DNA of 64,000 nucleotides, taken from positions 19,871-83,870 of the forward strand of contig CAYUOX010000062.1 in the NCBI GenBank assembly GCA_964446575.1, read 5' to 3'. A model generated the notes under the pieces. It made no database searches and was not told the origin of the DNA. It saw only the letters and a program-made list of their open reading frames with translations. Made by a program: the position numbers and the translations under genes. Source of the DNA: an uncultured Anaerolineaceae bacterium (GTDB taxonomy: Bacteria > Chloroflexota > Anaerolineae > Anaerolineales > DRMV01). Shown here piece after piece: positions 33,079 to 42,434 of this stretch. Every line of letters begins with the position of its first letter. Within the stretch, counting starts at the first letter, position 1.

Positions 33079-34011
33079 ATGCGCCCTGAACCCTTGGTCC
33101 GGGTGCACGAACTCACCCGGTTGTTCGGCGACTTTGTGGCCGTGGATCGTGTCTCGTTCGAAATCTACCCGCGCGAGGTGGTCGGGTATTTGGGGCCCAA
33201 CGGCTCGGGCAAGACCACAACCATTCGTATGCTGCTGGGCCTGCTGCGCCCCAGCGCGGGCTGGGCCACGGTGCTGGGCCACGATGTGCGCCGCGAGCCC
33301 GAGGCCATTCGGGAACAAGTGGGCTACATGTCGCAACGCTTCGCGTTGTATGACGATTTGACCGTGCACGAAAACCTGACCTTCTACGCCCAAGTGTACG
33401 GCGTGCGCGAACGGCACCGCATCGAAGAGGTCGCGGTCGCGCTGGGGCTGCGAGCGCTGTACGGCCGCCGGGTGGGCACATTGCCGGCCGGCTGGCGGCA
33501 ACGCTTGGCCTTGGCCACCGCGCTTTTGCACCGCCCCAAAATCCTGTTCCTCGACGAGCCCACCAGCGGCGTCGACCCACCGACGCGCCGCGCGTTCTGG
33601 GATTTAATCTACGACCTCGTGGCCCAAGACATCGCGGTGTTCGTTACCACCCATTACATGGACGAAGCCGAATATTGCCACCGGGTAGGCATCATGCATC
33701 GCGGGCGCTTGTTGGCCATGGACGCCCCCGCGGCGCTCAAGCAACGCTTGCTGCAAGGCCGCCTGTGGGAAGTGGAGGCCGAACCCCTGTTGGACGCGCT
33801 GGCCACGGCCGAACAATGGCCGCGCGTGCAGCGGGCCAGCCTGCATCGCGACCGCTTGCGCCTGCTGACCGACCCCACTGTCACCGCGCGCGCCGTTCGC
33901 CGCGCGTTGCAAGCCGCGGGCCTGCGCGTCCGCCGAGTGCACGAAGTCGCGCCCAGCCTCGAAGATGTGTTCCTGACCTTGGCGGGCGAACCCTACCCTT
34001 CGTCGGCCTGA
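33079..34011 (+). CDS. ABC transporter ATP-binding protein (ABC-2/DrrA-like)
   Basis: ORF 33079..34011, ATG after GGAGGTG. Walker A GPNGSGKTT, signature LPAGWRQRLALA, Walker B ILFLDEPTSGVD and H-loop TTHYMDEA. No permease gene is adjacent. Confidence 0.85.
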   Translation: MRPEPLVRVHELTRLFGDFVAVDRVSFEIYPREVVGYLGPNGSGKTTTIRMLLGLLRPSAGWATVLGHDVRREPEAIREQVGYMSQRFALYDDLTVHENLTFYAQVYGVRERHRIEEVAVALGLRALYGRRVGTLPAGWRQRLALATALLHRPKILFLDEPTSGVDPPTRRAFWDLIYDLVAQDIAVFVTTHYMDEAEYCHRVGIMHRGRLLAMDAPAALKQRLLQGRLWEVEAEPLLDALATAEQWPRVQRASLHRDRLRLLTDPTVTARAVRRALQAAGLRVRRVHEVAPSLEDVFLTLAGEPYPSSA

Positions 34012-34031
34012 CCTTAGGCAGGAGGAGGCCT

Positions 34032-34739
34032 ATGTCCCCTCAGATGCAACCCACCCTACGCCGCCGACGCCAGCAACAATGGCTGCCGTTCCTCTTCGGC
34101 GGTCTGGCCGTGGTGCTCGTTGTCGTGGGCGTCGTGCTCATCCTCAACACTTGGACCACCACCGGACGCATGCCCTGGCAACCCACGGCAACCCCGACCG
34201 CTACCGCGACGGCCACGGCCACGCCAATTCCGCCTACCGCGACCCCCACCGCGACCGCAACCATCACCCCGACCTGGACGCCAAGCCCCTCGCCGACGCC
34301 CAACGAGCCCTTCCCTTACACGGTTCAACCCGGCGACACGCTCTTCAGCATCGCGGAACAGTTCGGCGTCGACTTGGATGTGCTCATGCTGTGGAACGGC
34401 ATGTCAAACCAATCGGTCTTGTACGCCGGCCGGGAACTGATCATCCCCCTGCCGGGCATGGAGCCGCCGACGCCGACGCCCCTGCCGCCGAATCTCAAGC
34501 CAGGTGACATTATCCTGTATTTCGTGCGACCGGGCGACACGTTGCAAGCCATTGCCGCCAAGTTCTACACCGAGGTGGATGAAATTCGAGCGGCCAACGA
34601 AATGGACGAGGCCACGCCCTTGTATGTGGGCGATCTCATCAAAGTGCCCGTCTATCTCAAAGCCACCCCCACGCCCACGTTCACCCCTTCGCCCACGCCG
34701 CGCGTCACCCCGACCCCTTCGCCCACACCGTCGGGGTAA
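34032..34739 (+). CDS. membrane-anchored protein with two LysM domains
   Basis: 3' part of track ORF 33675..34739; ATG at 34032 follows GGAGGAGG. TM helix, PT-rich linkers and two LysM units (YTVQPGDTLFSIAEQFGVDLDVLMLWNG...; YFVRPGDTLQAIAAKFYTEVDEIRAANEM...). Confidence 0.8.
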   Translation: MSPQMQPTLRRRRQQQWLPFLFGGLAVVLVVVGVVLILNTWTTTGRMPWQPTATPTATATATATPIPPTATPTATATITPTWTPSPSPTPNEPFPYTVQPGDTLFSIAEQFGVDLDVLMLWNGMSNQSVLYAGRELIIPLPGMEPPTPTPLPPNLKPGDIILYFVRPGDTLQAIAAKFYTEVDEIRAANEMDEATPLYVGDLIKVPVYLKATPTPTFTPSPTPRVTPTPSPTPSG

Positions 34740-34745
34740 AGCGTG

Positions 34746-34777
34746 ACCCCGCGGGCCTGAGCACGGGCCCGCGGGGT
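34746..34777. terminator. hairpin between convergent LysM gene and large membrane-protein gene (possible bidirectional terminator)
   Basis: Perfect 12-bp stem ACCCCGCGGGCC / GGCCCGCGGGGT with an 8-nt loop. A T/G-rich run follows on the plus strand and CTTTAC on the minus strand. Confidence 0.5.
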
Positions 34778-34796
34778 TGTGGTGTCTGGTCTGTGG

Positions 34797-37385
34797 TCAG
34801 TGGGTGGACGACTCCGTGGAGGCCGAGTCGGGCCGCGCGGGCGATGCGGGCGGTTCCGCGGAGGCTTCGCGGCGCGCCCGGCGCCACAAAAAGAACAGTC
34901 CCCCTGCCAAAAGGGCCAGGCCCGCGCCGCACAGCAACGCCAACACCCCCAAGCCCTGAAAGCGAATGAGCACCAGCGTGACAGTGGCCAACACCACAAA
35001 ACCGACGGGCGTCCAGATCAGCGCCGGGTCGTTGCTCCACAAGCCATAGCCCAGCACCACCAAAGCCTGCAAGAACAGCACGGCAAAGTACCAGCCGCTG
35101 CGCTGGTCGACCATTTGGATGTAGGTCGTGGTGAAAAGCACCAACTGGGCCACCGCGCCCAACACGAACGCGATCACCCGATGCCCCCGGCGACGGTACA
35201 GGGCGTGAAGCAGCAAGCCAAGCACGGCCGCGGGCACGGTATAGCCCTGGGGCTGGCGCACATGCCACAAGTGCAGGGTCCACGCATAGGCCGCGAAGTA
35301 CAGCCCAGCCGTGGGCACGGCCAGCGCCAGGGGGTGCCACAGCCAAGCGAAGCCGCCCGTCACGGTGGCCATCATGGCCAAAGCCAGCGCGCTCCAACCA
35401 TCGTCGGTGAACAACGCGGTCAGCGCGGTCAGCCACGCGCTGACCAGCGTGCCCCAACCCCAAGCCCGCCACGGCGGCGAAGGGCGCGAGCGCGCGACGC
35501 CCCAGACGACCAGGGCGGCCACAACGGGCCACGCGGCCAGGGTGGCCGGGTGATCCGCGCCCAGGGCGCTCAGCACGAGGCCCCAACTGGCCCACGCCAT
35601 GACGGGCACGCCGGCCCACAACCAGGCTTTACGCAACGCACGGGCATACGCGGCCAAAAGCACGGTCAACGCCAACACCACCCCCGCGTCGCGCAGGGCG
35701 AACTCGCCCCACCGGCCGAGGATTTGCACGCCCAGGCCCCACGCCGTCACCACCAGCCCGCCGCGGGCCACATACATCACGACCCGCCGCTGCGCTCGTC
35801 GAGCCCAGGCATCCAGCGCCGCGCTGCCCAACACCGAGAGCAACCACCACCCAGGCCAATACACATCCGCCTGGCCCGGCCACACGCGGGCGATAAAATG
35901 GGCGAAGGCCGTTTGACTCAACAGCCAGCCCCACAACGTGGGCACCCAGCGCGCGGCCCGCCACCCCATGCTCCACCCCCACAGAGCCCCGGCCAGCCAC
36001 ACCACCAACGCCCCCACATGCCGCCAAGCCACGCTCGAATCTTCCACGAGCAAGACGCCCGCGACCCACCAGCCCAACCCGGCCACGAGTTCCAGCCCCA
36101 GGCCCCACGCGCGGGGCATACCCAACCCAATGCGACGCACCCCTTCCGCAAGGGCCGCGCAGGCCAACGCCGCGAGCGCTAAAGCCACGGCTTGCGGCCA
36201 CCCGGTGGGCCACAGCAGGGTCCACGCGAGCATCGCGCCCAACACAGCCCAGGGCACGGCCCAAGATTCGATCCACGGCGCCGGGCCCAAGCCTCGGCGT
36301 GCCACGGCATAGAAGCCCAGCAGCAAGACGTGCCCCAGCAGGGCCAAACCCGCCATGGTCGGGCGATGCTCGGCTGGGGCATCCAGCACCTCGAAGGCCA
36401 AGATAGGCAGGGCCGTCAGCAGCAACAGCAGGGCCACACCATGGCTCACCGCCCACAGCCAACGCGCGGCGCGCGACAGCCGCGCGCGGCTCCAAGCGGC
36501 CCAGGCCGCGGCGGCCAACACCTCGGCCGTCCATGTCACATGCAAGCGCAGCGCGCGCGCCAAAGGGAAGTAAGGGTCCAGCCATGCCCAAGCGAAAGCC
36601 ACGGACGCGGCGGCCATGGGCCACGCGGCCAAGGTAAGCACGCCCGAGCGCAACAACCAGCCGGCCAGCAGCCAAACCACGGCCAGCACAAAAGTCGCGG
36701 CGGCCCAATATAAATCCTGGCCGTCAGGTCCCCAATACGGTGCGAAGAGATCCGACAACACAGCCGCGTCGGCCCACAAGAAGCCCGCGGCTACGATGCC
36801 CAACACCCGCCCGCCGGTGGGCGTGATGCGATACACGCCCGCGGCCGCGGCGCCGAACAGCGCGGTAGCCAACAGCAAAATGGGCAAGCGCCAGGCCTCG
36901 ACCAACGCGGCGAACAGCAAGGCCGCGGCGATGACGAAAAAGGCGCCCAAATAGAGCACCACGTGCAAAGCCCAAGGCGACGCGCGGCGCGCGGCCGCGG
37001 TCGGGGCCGGCGCGCGCGCTTCGGTTCGGGGTGGATCGGCATAGCGGGCTTGCAGCACCGCGGCCTGCGCGGGGCTGATCAGGCCTTCGCGCGCCCACCC
37101 TGCGATCTCGGCCCGCAGTGCGGCCCGCAGCCCAGGCGACCATGCCGTGCGGCCGTGATAGAACCGCCGCGCGGCCGGCGAGGTCAGAGCCTGCAGCGCG
37201 GCCTGCTGCACCTGCGCGTCCGACGCGCGCAGGGCCAACTGCTCCACCTGCCGCCAAACCGCCGCGGCCGCGGGCGAACTCGCGCGCGGGTCGTGCGGCC
37301 ATTCGCGCAGAGCCTGCTGCAGGCGCGCGGGGTCAGAAGACTGCAAGCGCGCCAGCCACGCTTGGGGGAAAGCCGATTGTGCCAT
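34797..37385 (-). CDS. very large polytopic membrane protein (DUF2157-like N-region), unknown function
   Basis: Track ORF 34797..37670; ATG at 37385 lies 4 nt after the sirtuin stop. About 130 aa soluble N-terminus (…GWAREGLISPAQAAVLQARYA) is followed by roughly two dozen Trp/Ala/Leu-rich hydrophobic segments. Confidence 0.7.
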   Translation of the reverse strand: MAQSAFPQAWLARLQSSDPARLQQALREWPHDPRASSPAAAAVWRQVEQLALRASDAQVQQAALQALTSPAARRFYHGRTAWSPGLRAALRAEIAGWAREGLISPAQAAVLQARYADPPRTEARAPAPTAAARRASPWALHVVLYLGAFFVIAAALLFAALVEAWRLPILLLATALFGAAAAGVYRITPTGGRVLGIVAAGFLWADAAVLSDLFAPYWGPDGQDLYWAAATFVLAVVWLLAGWLLRSGVLTLAAWPMAAASVAFAWAWLDPYFPLARALRLHVTWTAEVLAAAAWAAWSRARLSRAARWLWAVSHGVALLLLLTALPILAFEVLDAPAEHRPTMAGLALLGHVLLLGFYAVARRGLGPAPWIESWAVPWAVLGAMLAWTLLWPTGWPQAVALALAALACAALAEGVRRIGLGMPRAWGLGLELVAGLGWWVAGVLLVEDSSVAWRHVGALVVWLAGALWGWSMGWRAARWVPTLWGWLLSQTAFAHFIARVWPGQADVYWPGWWLLSVLGSAALDAWARRAQRRVVMYVARGGLVVTAWGLGVQILGRWGEFALRDAGVVLALTVLLAAYARALRKAWLWAGVPVMAWASWGLVLSALGADHPATLAAWPVVAALVVWGVARSRPSPPWRAWGWGTLVSAWLTALTALFTDDGWSALALAMMATVTGGFAWLWHPLALAVPTAGLYFAAYAWTLHLWHVRQPQGYTVPAAVLGLLLHALYRRRGHRVIAFVLGAVAQLVLFTTTYIQMVDQRSGWYFAVLFLQALVVLGYGLWSNDPALIWTPVGFVVLATVTLVLIRFQGLGVLALLCGAGLALLAGGLFFLWRRARREASAEPPASPARPDSASTESSTH

Positions 37386-37389
37386 GGGC

Positions 37390-38166
37390 TCACTCCTGAG
37401 GCGTCGCGTCAAGCACCGCGTTCGCCAAGGCGGGCAGCACGTGGGCCACATCACCCCGCAGCACGGCCGCGGCGTGCGGGTCGATTGGCGTAGGATCGCG
37501 GTTGACGACGATAACGGCCGCGCCGTTGCGATAAGCCTGATAAGGCAGTTGGCCCGCGGGGACAACCTCAAGCGACGAGCCGGCAACCAAGACCACATCC
37601 GCCCGCCGGATGGCCTCTTGAGCGGCTTGCCAAGCCGCCGCGGGCAAGGGTTCGCCAAAAAGCACCACATCGGGCTTGAGCACGGCCTGGCAGTGGGGGC
37701 ACGTCGGCAGGTCGGTCGAGCGCAAGAACTCGGGCGTCAGATACGGCGCGGCCGGGCCGCGCCATCCGCATTCGAGGCAGACCATCTCGTTGAACCCGCC
37801 ATGCACCTCAATGACCCGCCGCGAGCCGGCCCGCTGGTGCAATCCATCGATGTTTTGGGTGATCACCGCGTGCAAACGCCCGGCTTGCTCCAAACGCGCC
37901 AGCGCTCGATGGGCCGGGTTGGGCTGGGCCTGCAGCATGTCCAAGGCCAGGGGCCGAATCCAATCGTAAAAGCGCCGCGGGTTCTGCCGAAAGCCCCAGA
38001 TGGAGGCCACCTCCATGGGGTCTACTCGCTGCCACAGCCCTTCGGAGGAACGAAAATCGGGGATGCCCGACGGCGTGGAGATGCCCGCGCCCGTAAAAGC
38101 CACCGCGTGCTGCGCGCCGCGAAGCAAAGTCACGGCCATGTCCCAATCAGGGCCCCAGGTGTCCAT
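37390..38166 (-). CDS. cobB: NAD-dependent protein deacylase (Sir2/CobB family)
   Basis: Track ORF 37390..38271; ATG at 38166 follows GGAGGTG. Motifs GAGISTPSGIPDFRS, ITQNIDGLHQRAG and EVHG, the zinc ribbon CLECG...CPHC, and VVLVAGSSLEV. Confidence 0.85.
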   Translation of the reverse strand: MDTWGPDWDMAVTLLRGAQHAVAFTGAGISTPSGIPDFRSSEGLWQRVDPMEVASIWGFRQNPRRFYDWIRPLALDMLQAQPNPAHRALARLEQAGRLHAVITQNIDGLHQRAGSRRVIEVHGGFNEMVCLECGWRGPAAPYLTPEFLRSTDLPTCPHCQAVLKPDVVLFGEPLPAAAWQAAQEAIRRADVVLVAGSSLEVVPAGQLPYQAYRNGAAVIVVNRDPTPIDPHAAAVLRGDVAHVLPALANAVLDATPQE

Positions 38167-38248
38167 GGCCACCTCCGTAGGTGGGGGCTGCGCGGTTGTG
38201 GTATTTACAGTATAGCAGACGGGGGAAGGGCTCCGAGCAGGGCGCGGC

Positions 38249-39424
38249 TCACGGGCACGCGGTGAGGTCATAATGGGCGGTGTCGGTCAAGATCACCCGC
38301 ACTTGCTCATTGGCGACCAATTGCCGCAAGTCGGGCAGGTGGTTGACGGTGAACAAATGAATGCGCGCGCCGCGCAGCATCCACGCGACCATAGGCGTGT
38401 AAAAGCGCCGGTCCATGGAGATGGCCGAAAAGCCGCCTCGGATGTAGTTCCGCTTCACCTGCACCAAGGCCCACCACAGGTCCCACGGCGTGTTGGGAAA
38501 GGCCTCTTCGTCCACGTTGAAGATCCAATAACTGGTATGCAGGCCAGCGCGGGCGAAGAATTGTAAGCGGTCGGGCGCGTCGGACTCGACGATGGCCCGC
38601 TCACGCAGCCCATAACGCTGCAACAGCACGGCCAAGTCATCGGCTGCGCGCTGGGCTTGGTCTGGGGTGAGGTAGCCGATGGTCTTGATGTCCAGCCAAA
38701 AGTAGCCGCGCGCGCCCACGGCCGCAAACACGTCTTCCAACAGCAGACGCTGCCCCGGCGGGGGCGCCGCGCCGCGATCGTAACGGCCGATGAAATACTC
38801 GCGGCGCTCGGGGTCATAGCGCACATCCATCTCAACCCCCGCGGCGCCCAAGTCGAACGCCCGGCGATAACTGGCGATGGTGTTTTCCGCGATGGCCGGC
38901 GGTTCGGGGTGCCCACGGTGCCCCCAAACCTTGCGGCATCCCGTGTAGAACACGGGATGCGGACGGGTGAACTGCAAGTGCAGGAGGGCATTGTAGCCTA
39001 TGAACGCGAGGGTCACGAGCAGCCCCAGGCGCGCGCCGAGGCGGAACACGGCATGGTCGCGCCACGCGCGCCAACGTCGGCCGTGGACGACCTGCCGCGC
39101 GAGGGGCATGGCAGCAAGCAGCAGGGCGAGCGCGAGCAAGGCGGCCGTGGCCCAACGCAGGCCTTCTTGTGCCCGCGCCTGATAATGGGCCAAGGGCAGG
39201 ATCCCACGGCTGGGCATGAGCCGCGCGGCCACGGCTTCAGGCGCGGCCGCGTACACCCACGCGACGCCCCGCAGCAATCCTGCAGCGCCCAAGGGGTACA
39301 GGGCCACCAAGCCCCACCACGCCCAAGCCCGCGCGCATGGCCGTGCGGAACGGCAATCTCGTGCCGCGCGCGCGGCCGCGAGCACCAGCGCCGCGAGCCA
39401 GAGCCACCAACTTGTCCTGTCCAT
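38249..39424 (-). CDS. glycerophosphodiester phosphodiesterase family protein with N-terminal membrane domain
   Basis: Track ORF starts at TTG 39472; ATG at 39424 follows GAGGTG. Several N-terminal TM helices, then VWGHRGHPEPPAIAENTIASYRRAFDLGAAGVEMDVRYD (GDPD motif). Start uncertain. Confidence 0.7.
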   Translation of the reverse strand: MDRTSWWLWLAALVLAAARAARDCRSARPCARAWAWWGLVALYPLGAAGLLRGVAWVYAAAPEAVAARLMPSRGILPLAHYQARAQEGLRWATAALLALALLLAAMPLARQVVHGRRWRAWRDHAVFRLGARLGLLVTLAFIGYNALLHLQFTRPHPVFYTGCRKVWGHRGHPEPPAIAENTIASYRRAFDLGAAGVEMDVRYDPERREYFIGRYDRGAAPPPGQRLLLEDVFAAVGARGYFWLDIKTIGYLTPDQAQRAADDLAVLLQRYGLRERAIVESDAPDRLQFFARAGLHTSYWIFNVDEEAFPNTPWDLWWALVQVKRNYIRGGFSAISMDRRFYTPMVAWMLRGARIHLFTVNHLPDLRQLVANEQVRVILTDTAHYDLTACP

Positions 39425-39476
39425 GAGCACCTCGCCGGCGCCTATTATCGCGCCGATGAGAGGCCAAGGCAAGGGG

Positions 39477-39506
39477 CCAGAAATGCCAACGCGCCCCGGC
39501 GTTGGC
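39477..39506 (-). terminator. candidate terminator after livF
   Basis: 8-bp stem GCCAACGC / GCGTTGGC (39485..39492 / 39499..39506) with a 6-nt loop, followed on the minus strand by ATTTCT. Confidence 0.4.
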
Positions 39507-39544
39507 GGGGCGCGCGGTCACGCACAGGCAGCCAGCCACGCGGC

Positions 39545-40282
39545 TCAACCGCCCAAATAAGCCTCTTTGACCCGGGGGTCGGCCAACAATTGGTCGCTGG
39601 GGCCCTCCAGGACCAAGTTACCGGTTTCTAACACGTAGCCCCGCTGGGCAAAGCGCAAAGCCATGTTCGCGTTTTGCTCGACCAGCAAGATGGTGGTGCC
39701 CTCTTTGTTGATTTCCTTGAGGGCCTCAAACATCTCTTGCATCAACTTGGGGGCCAAGCCCATAGAGGGCTCGTCCAAAAGCATCATGCGCCGCGCGGTA
39801 ATCAACGCGCGCGCCACGGCCAACATTTGCTGCTCCCCGCCGCTCATGGTGCCGGCCCGCTGATGCCGACGTTCGGCCAACCGAGGGAACAGGTCGAAGA
39901 CCATGTCGAAATCGCGCTGAATGACTTCAGGCGGGTCTTTGCGCGCGAAAGTGGCCAATTGCAGGTTTTCCCACACGGTGAGATTGCCGAACAAACGCCG
40001 GCCTTCGGGCACGTGGCTGATGCCCAACTGGCTGACCACTTTGTGCGGCGGATAGGCCAGCAGGTCATGACCTTCGAACACCATGCGCGTTTCAGGCCCC
40101 ACTTTGACCAGCCGCGAGATGGCCCGCAGCGTAGAGGTCTTACCCGCGCCATTGGCGCCAATGATGGTCACGATCTCGCCCGGATACACCCGGAAGGAAA
40201 TGCCATGCAGGGCCTTGATCGCGCCGTAATAGACTTCCAAGTTTTCTACAATGAGTTGCGGTGTGCGTTCTTCTTGGGCCAT
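39545..40282 (-). CDS. livF: branched-chain amino acid ABC transporter ATP-binding protein LivF
   Basis: Track ORF starts at TTG 40309; ATG at 40282 follows GTGAGGA. Contains GANGAGKTSTL, MSGGEQQMLAVARAL and LLDEPSMGLAP. Confidence 0.85.
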   Translation of the reverse strand: MAQEERTPQLIVENLEVYYGAIKALHGISFRVYPGEIVTIIGANGAGKTSTLRAISRLVKVGPETRMVFEGHDLLAYPPHKVVSQLGISHVPEGRRLFGNLTVWENLQLATFARKDPPEVIQRDFDMVFDLFPRLAERRHQRAGTMSGGEQQMLAVARALITARRMMLLDEPSMGLAPKLMQEMFEALKEINKEGTTILLVEQNANMALRFAQRGYVLETGNLVLEGPSDQLLADPRVKEAYLGG

Positions 40283-40312
40283 AGCGTCCTCACTGCTGGC
40301 TGCGCGCAAGGC

Positions 40313-41080
40313 TTAGGTCACCGCGGTGCCCAGATAGGCCCGGATGACCTCGGGGTTGTTCTGCACCTCTTCGGGCGTGCCTTCCGCGATGATTTCGCCG
40401 AAGTTGAGCACTTGAATCCAACGGCACAAGCCCATGACAAAGCGCATTTTGTGCTCGATGAGCCAGATGGTCAAGTTGAAGGTGTCCCGAATGTAGAGGA
40501 CGAACTCCATGGTCTCTTCCATCTCCGCGGGGGTCATGCCCGCGGTGGGCTCATCCAACAGCAAGAGTTTGGGGCGGGTTGCCAGCGCGCGCGCCATTTC
40601 GACCTTGCGTTGAATGCCGTAAGGCAGCCCGGAGACCACCATGTCGGCATATTGCTCGATGCCCAGCAAGGCCATGAGTTCGCGGGCTTCGCGGTCGATT
40701 TGCCGCTCTTCTTCGTGACGACCGTTGAGGCCGAAAAAAGCACCCAACAAGCCGTAGCGAATGCGTCCGTAGAACGCGATTTTCACATTGTCCAGCGCGG
40801 TCAGATTGCCCCACAAGCGCAGGTTCTGATAAGTGCGGCTGATGCCCAACTTGCCGATCTCATGAGGCGGCTTGCCAGTGATATCGCGTCCCTCGAACAG
40901 AATTTGCCCCTGCGTGGGCTTGTACACGCCGGTGGTGAGGTTGAACACCGTGGTCTTGCCCGCGCCATTAGGGCCAATGAGCCCTCGAATCTCACCGGGC
41001 TCGATGCGAATGTTGAAATTGTGGACCGCGCGCAAACCGCCGAAGAAGTGGGTCAGGTTCTTAATCTCCAGCAGGGGCAT
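40313..41080 (-). CDS. livG: branched-chain amino acid ABC transporter ATP-binding protein LivG
   Basis: ORF 40313..41080. Contains GPNGAGKTTVFN, LPYGIQRKVEMARAL and LLLDEPTAGM, with the C-terminal LivG-type extension. Confidence 0.85.
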   Translation of the reverse strand: MPLLEIKNLTHFFGGLRAVHNFNIRIEPGEIRGLIGPNGAGKTTVFNLTTGVYKPTQGQILFEGRDITGKPPHEIGKLGISRTYQNLRLWGNLTALDNVKIAFYGRIRYGLLGAFFGLNGRHEEERQIDREARELMALLGIEQYADMVVSGLPYGIQRKVEMARALATRPKLLLLDEPTAGMTPAEMEETMEFVLYIRDTFNLTIWLIEHKMRFVMGLCRWIQVLNFGEIIAEGTPEEVQNNPEVIRAYLGTAVT

Positions 41081-42401
41081 GAGAGACCTCCTCTTCGGCC
41101 TGGGCTCGGCGCTCCAAGAACGGCAACCGCAACTCCTGAAAGCCCAACAGGCCCCGCGGGCGCTTGATCATCACCAGAATGAGGATCACCGGGATGACCA
41201 TCCACTTGATGAGTTGGAGCGGCCGCAAGATTTCGCTGAGCATCGTGAACAACACCGTGCCCAAAATCGAGCCGGTGACCGAGTTCAAACCGCCCAGGTA
41301 CAACATGCCCAAAATCTCGGCCGACTTGACCAGGCCAAAGTTGCCCGGATTGATGTAACCAACGATGTGGGCGTACAGGCCGCCAGCCACGCCCGACCAA
41401 AACGCGTGGGTCAAGAAGGCCACCATCTTGACCTTGCGCGTGTTGACGGTCATCATCTCCGCGGCGGGTTCGTTGTCACGCACCGCGCTGGTCGCCTTGC
41501 CCAACGTCGAGGTCACATAATTGTGCATGATCCACACGGCCAGCACGGTCCAGATGAACACCACCAGCAACGAATCAGCCACGTTGGGCTGGCCCATGAA
41601 GCCACGCGCACCGCCCAAGAAGTCGATGTTTTCAATAGCGCTTTTGACGATGAACATGTAGGCCAGGGTGATGATGGCCAGGTAGTCGCCCCGAGTGCGG
41701 AAGGAAGGGATGGCCACGGCCAGAGCGGTGATGGCCGTGACCGCGCCCGCGATGATCAGCGCCACAGGGAAGGCAAAAGGCGCCCAAGCCTCGGGGAAGA
41801 CCGCGGCCCCAAAAACGTCATCATCCACAAAACCCCACACCATGAGGATCGACGCCACATAAGCCCCCACGGCCATGAACCCGGCCACCGAGACGGAAAA
41901 TTCCCCCATCCAGCCGTTCACCAGATTGAGGCTCAACGTCAAGATGATGTTGACGCCCAGCAGACGCAGCACCAACAGCCGATAGTCGCTGGCCGCGGCC
42001 CAAAAGTGCAAAATCACATACACAAAGGCCAGGTTGAAGAGAATGTACCCCCACGAGGGGATGCGTTGCAACCACGCCACCCCGCGCATGCGGCCGAAGC
42101 GCGCCATGAACTTGCGCACCAGATACGTGGCGCCCAACGCGGGGATCACATACACCACCACCACAAAAACCAGAATGTTAGGAATCAACTGCCAGCGTTT
42201 GAAAATCAGCGACAGACCGAAGAAGGACGGCAAGTTGCCCAAACCCAGGAGATAGGCTAAATCGTACCCCACCAACGCTTCGGCCAAGACCGCGGCCAAC
42301 ATCCCCACCAGCCACGCGCTGATGGGCACATCCCGATACGCTTCGCGCCATCGCTGGAACCAGCCTTTGAGCCCAGAGGGTGTTTCAGAGGAGCGCTGCA
42401 T
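41061..42401 (-). CDS. livM: branched-chain amino acid ABC transporter permease LivM
   Basis: ORF 41061..42401, 446 aa polytopic. LivM-type core (…LNLVNGWMGEFSVSVAGFMAVGAY…). It overlaps the livG start by 20 nt. Confidence 0.8.
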   Translation of the reverse strand: MQRSSETPSGLKGWFQRWREAYRDVPISAWLVGMLAAVLAEALVGYDLAYLLGLGNLPSFFGLSLIFKRWQLIPNILVFVVVVYVIPALGATYLVRKFMARFGRMRGVAWLQRIPSWGYILFNLAFVYVILHFWAAASDYRLLVLRLLGVNIILTLSLNLVNGWMGEFSVSVAGFMAVGAYVASILMVWGFVDDDVFGAAVFPEAWAPFAFPVALIIAGAVTAITALAVAIPSFRTRGDYLAIITLAYMFIVKSAIENIDFLGGARGFMGQPNVADSLLVVFIWTVLAVWIMHNYVTSTLGKATSAVRDNEPAAEMMTVNTRKVKMVAFLTHAFWSGVAGGLYAHIVGYINPGNFGLVKSAEILGMLYLGGLNSVTGSILGTVLFTMLSEILRPLQLIKWMVIPVILILVMIKRPRGLLGFQELRLPFLERRAQAEEEVSHAPAGD

Positions 42402-42434
42402 AGTTCCGTCCTCGCAGTGCGAAGATGCCGACGC

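Noticed and set aside
33675-34031. 5' extension of the LysM-protein ORF overlapping the ABC ATPase gene
   Set aside because: It is an out-of-frame read-through of the ATPase coding region. A strong GGAGGAGG RBS precedes the ATG at 34032, where the TM-anchored LysM protein begins.
37390-38166. Sir2-domain gene as an anti-phage defence (Thoeris/DSR-like) effector
   Set aside because: The protein is a short (~258 aa) canonical sirtuin with the GAGIS, QNIDGLH and zinc-ribbon motifs. It has no N- or C-terminal sensor domains and no ThsB/TIR, HerA or pAgo partner nearby. A housekeeping CobB-type deacylase is the simpler reading.
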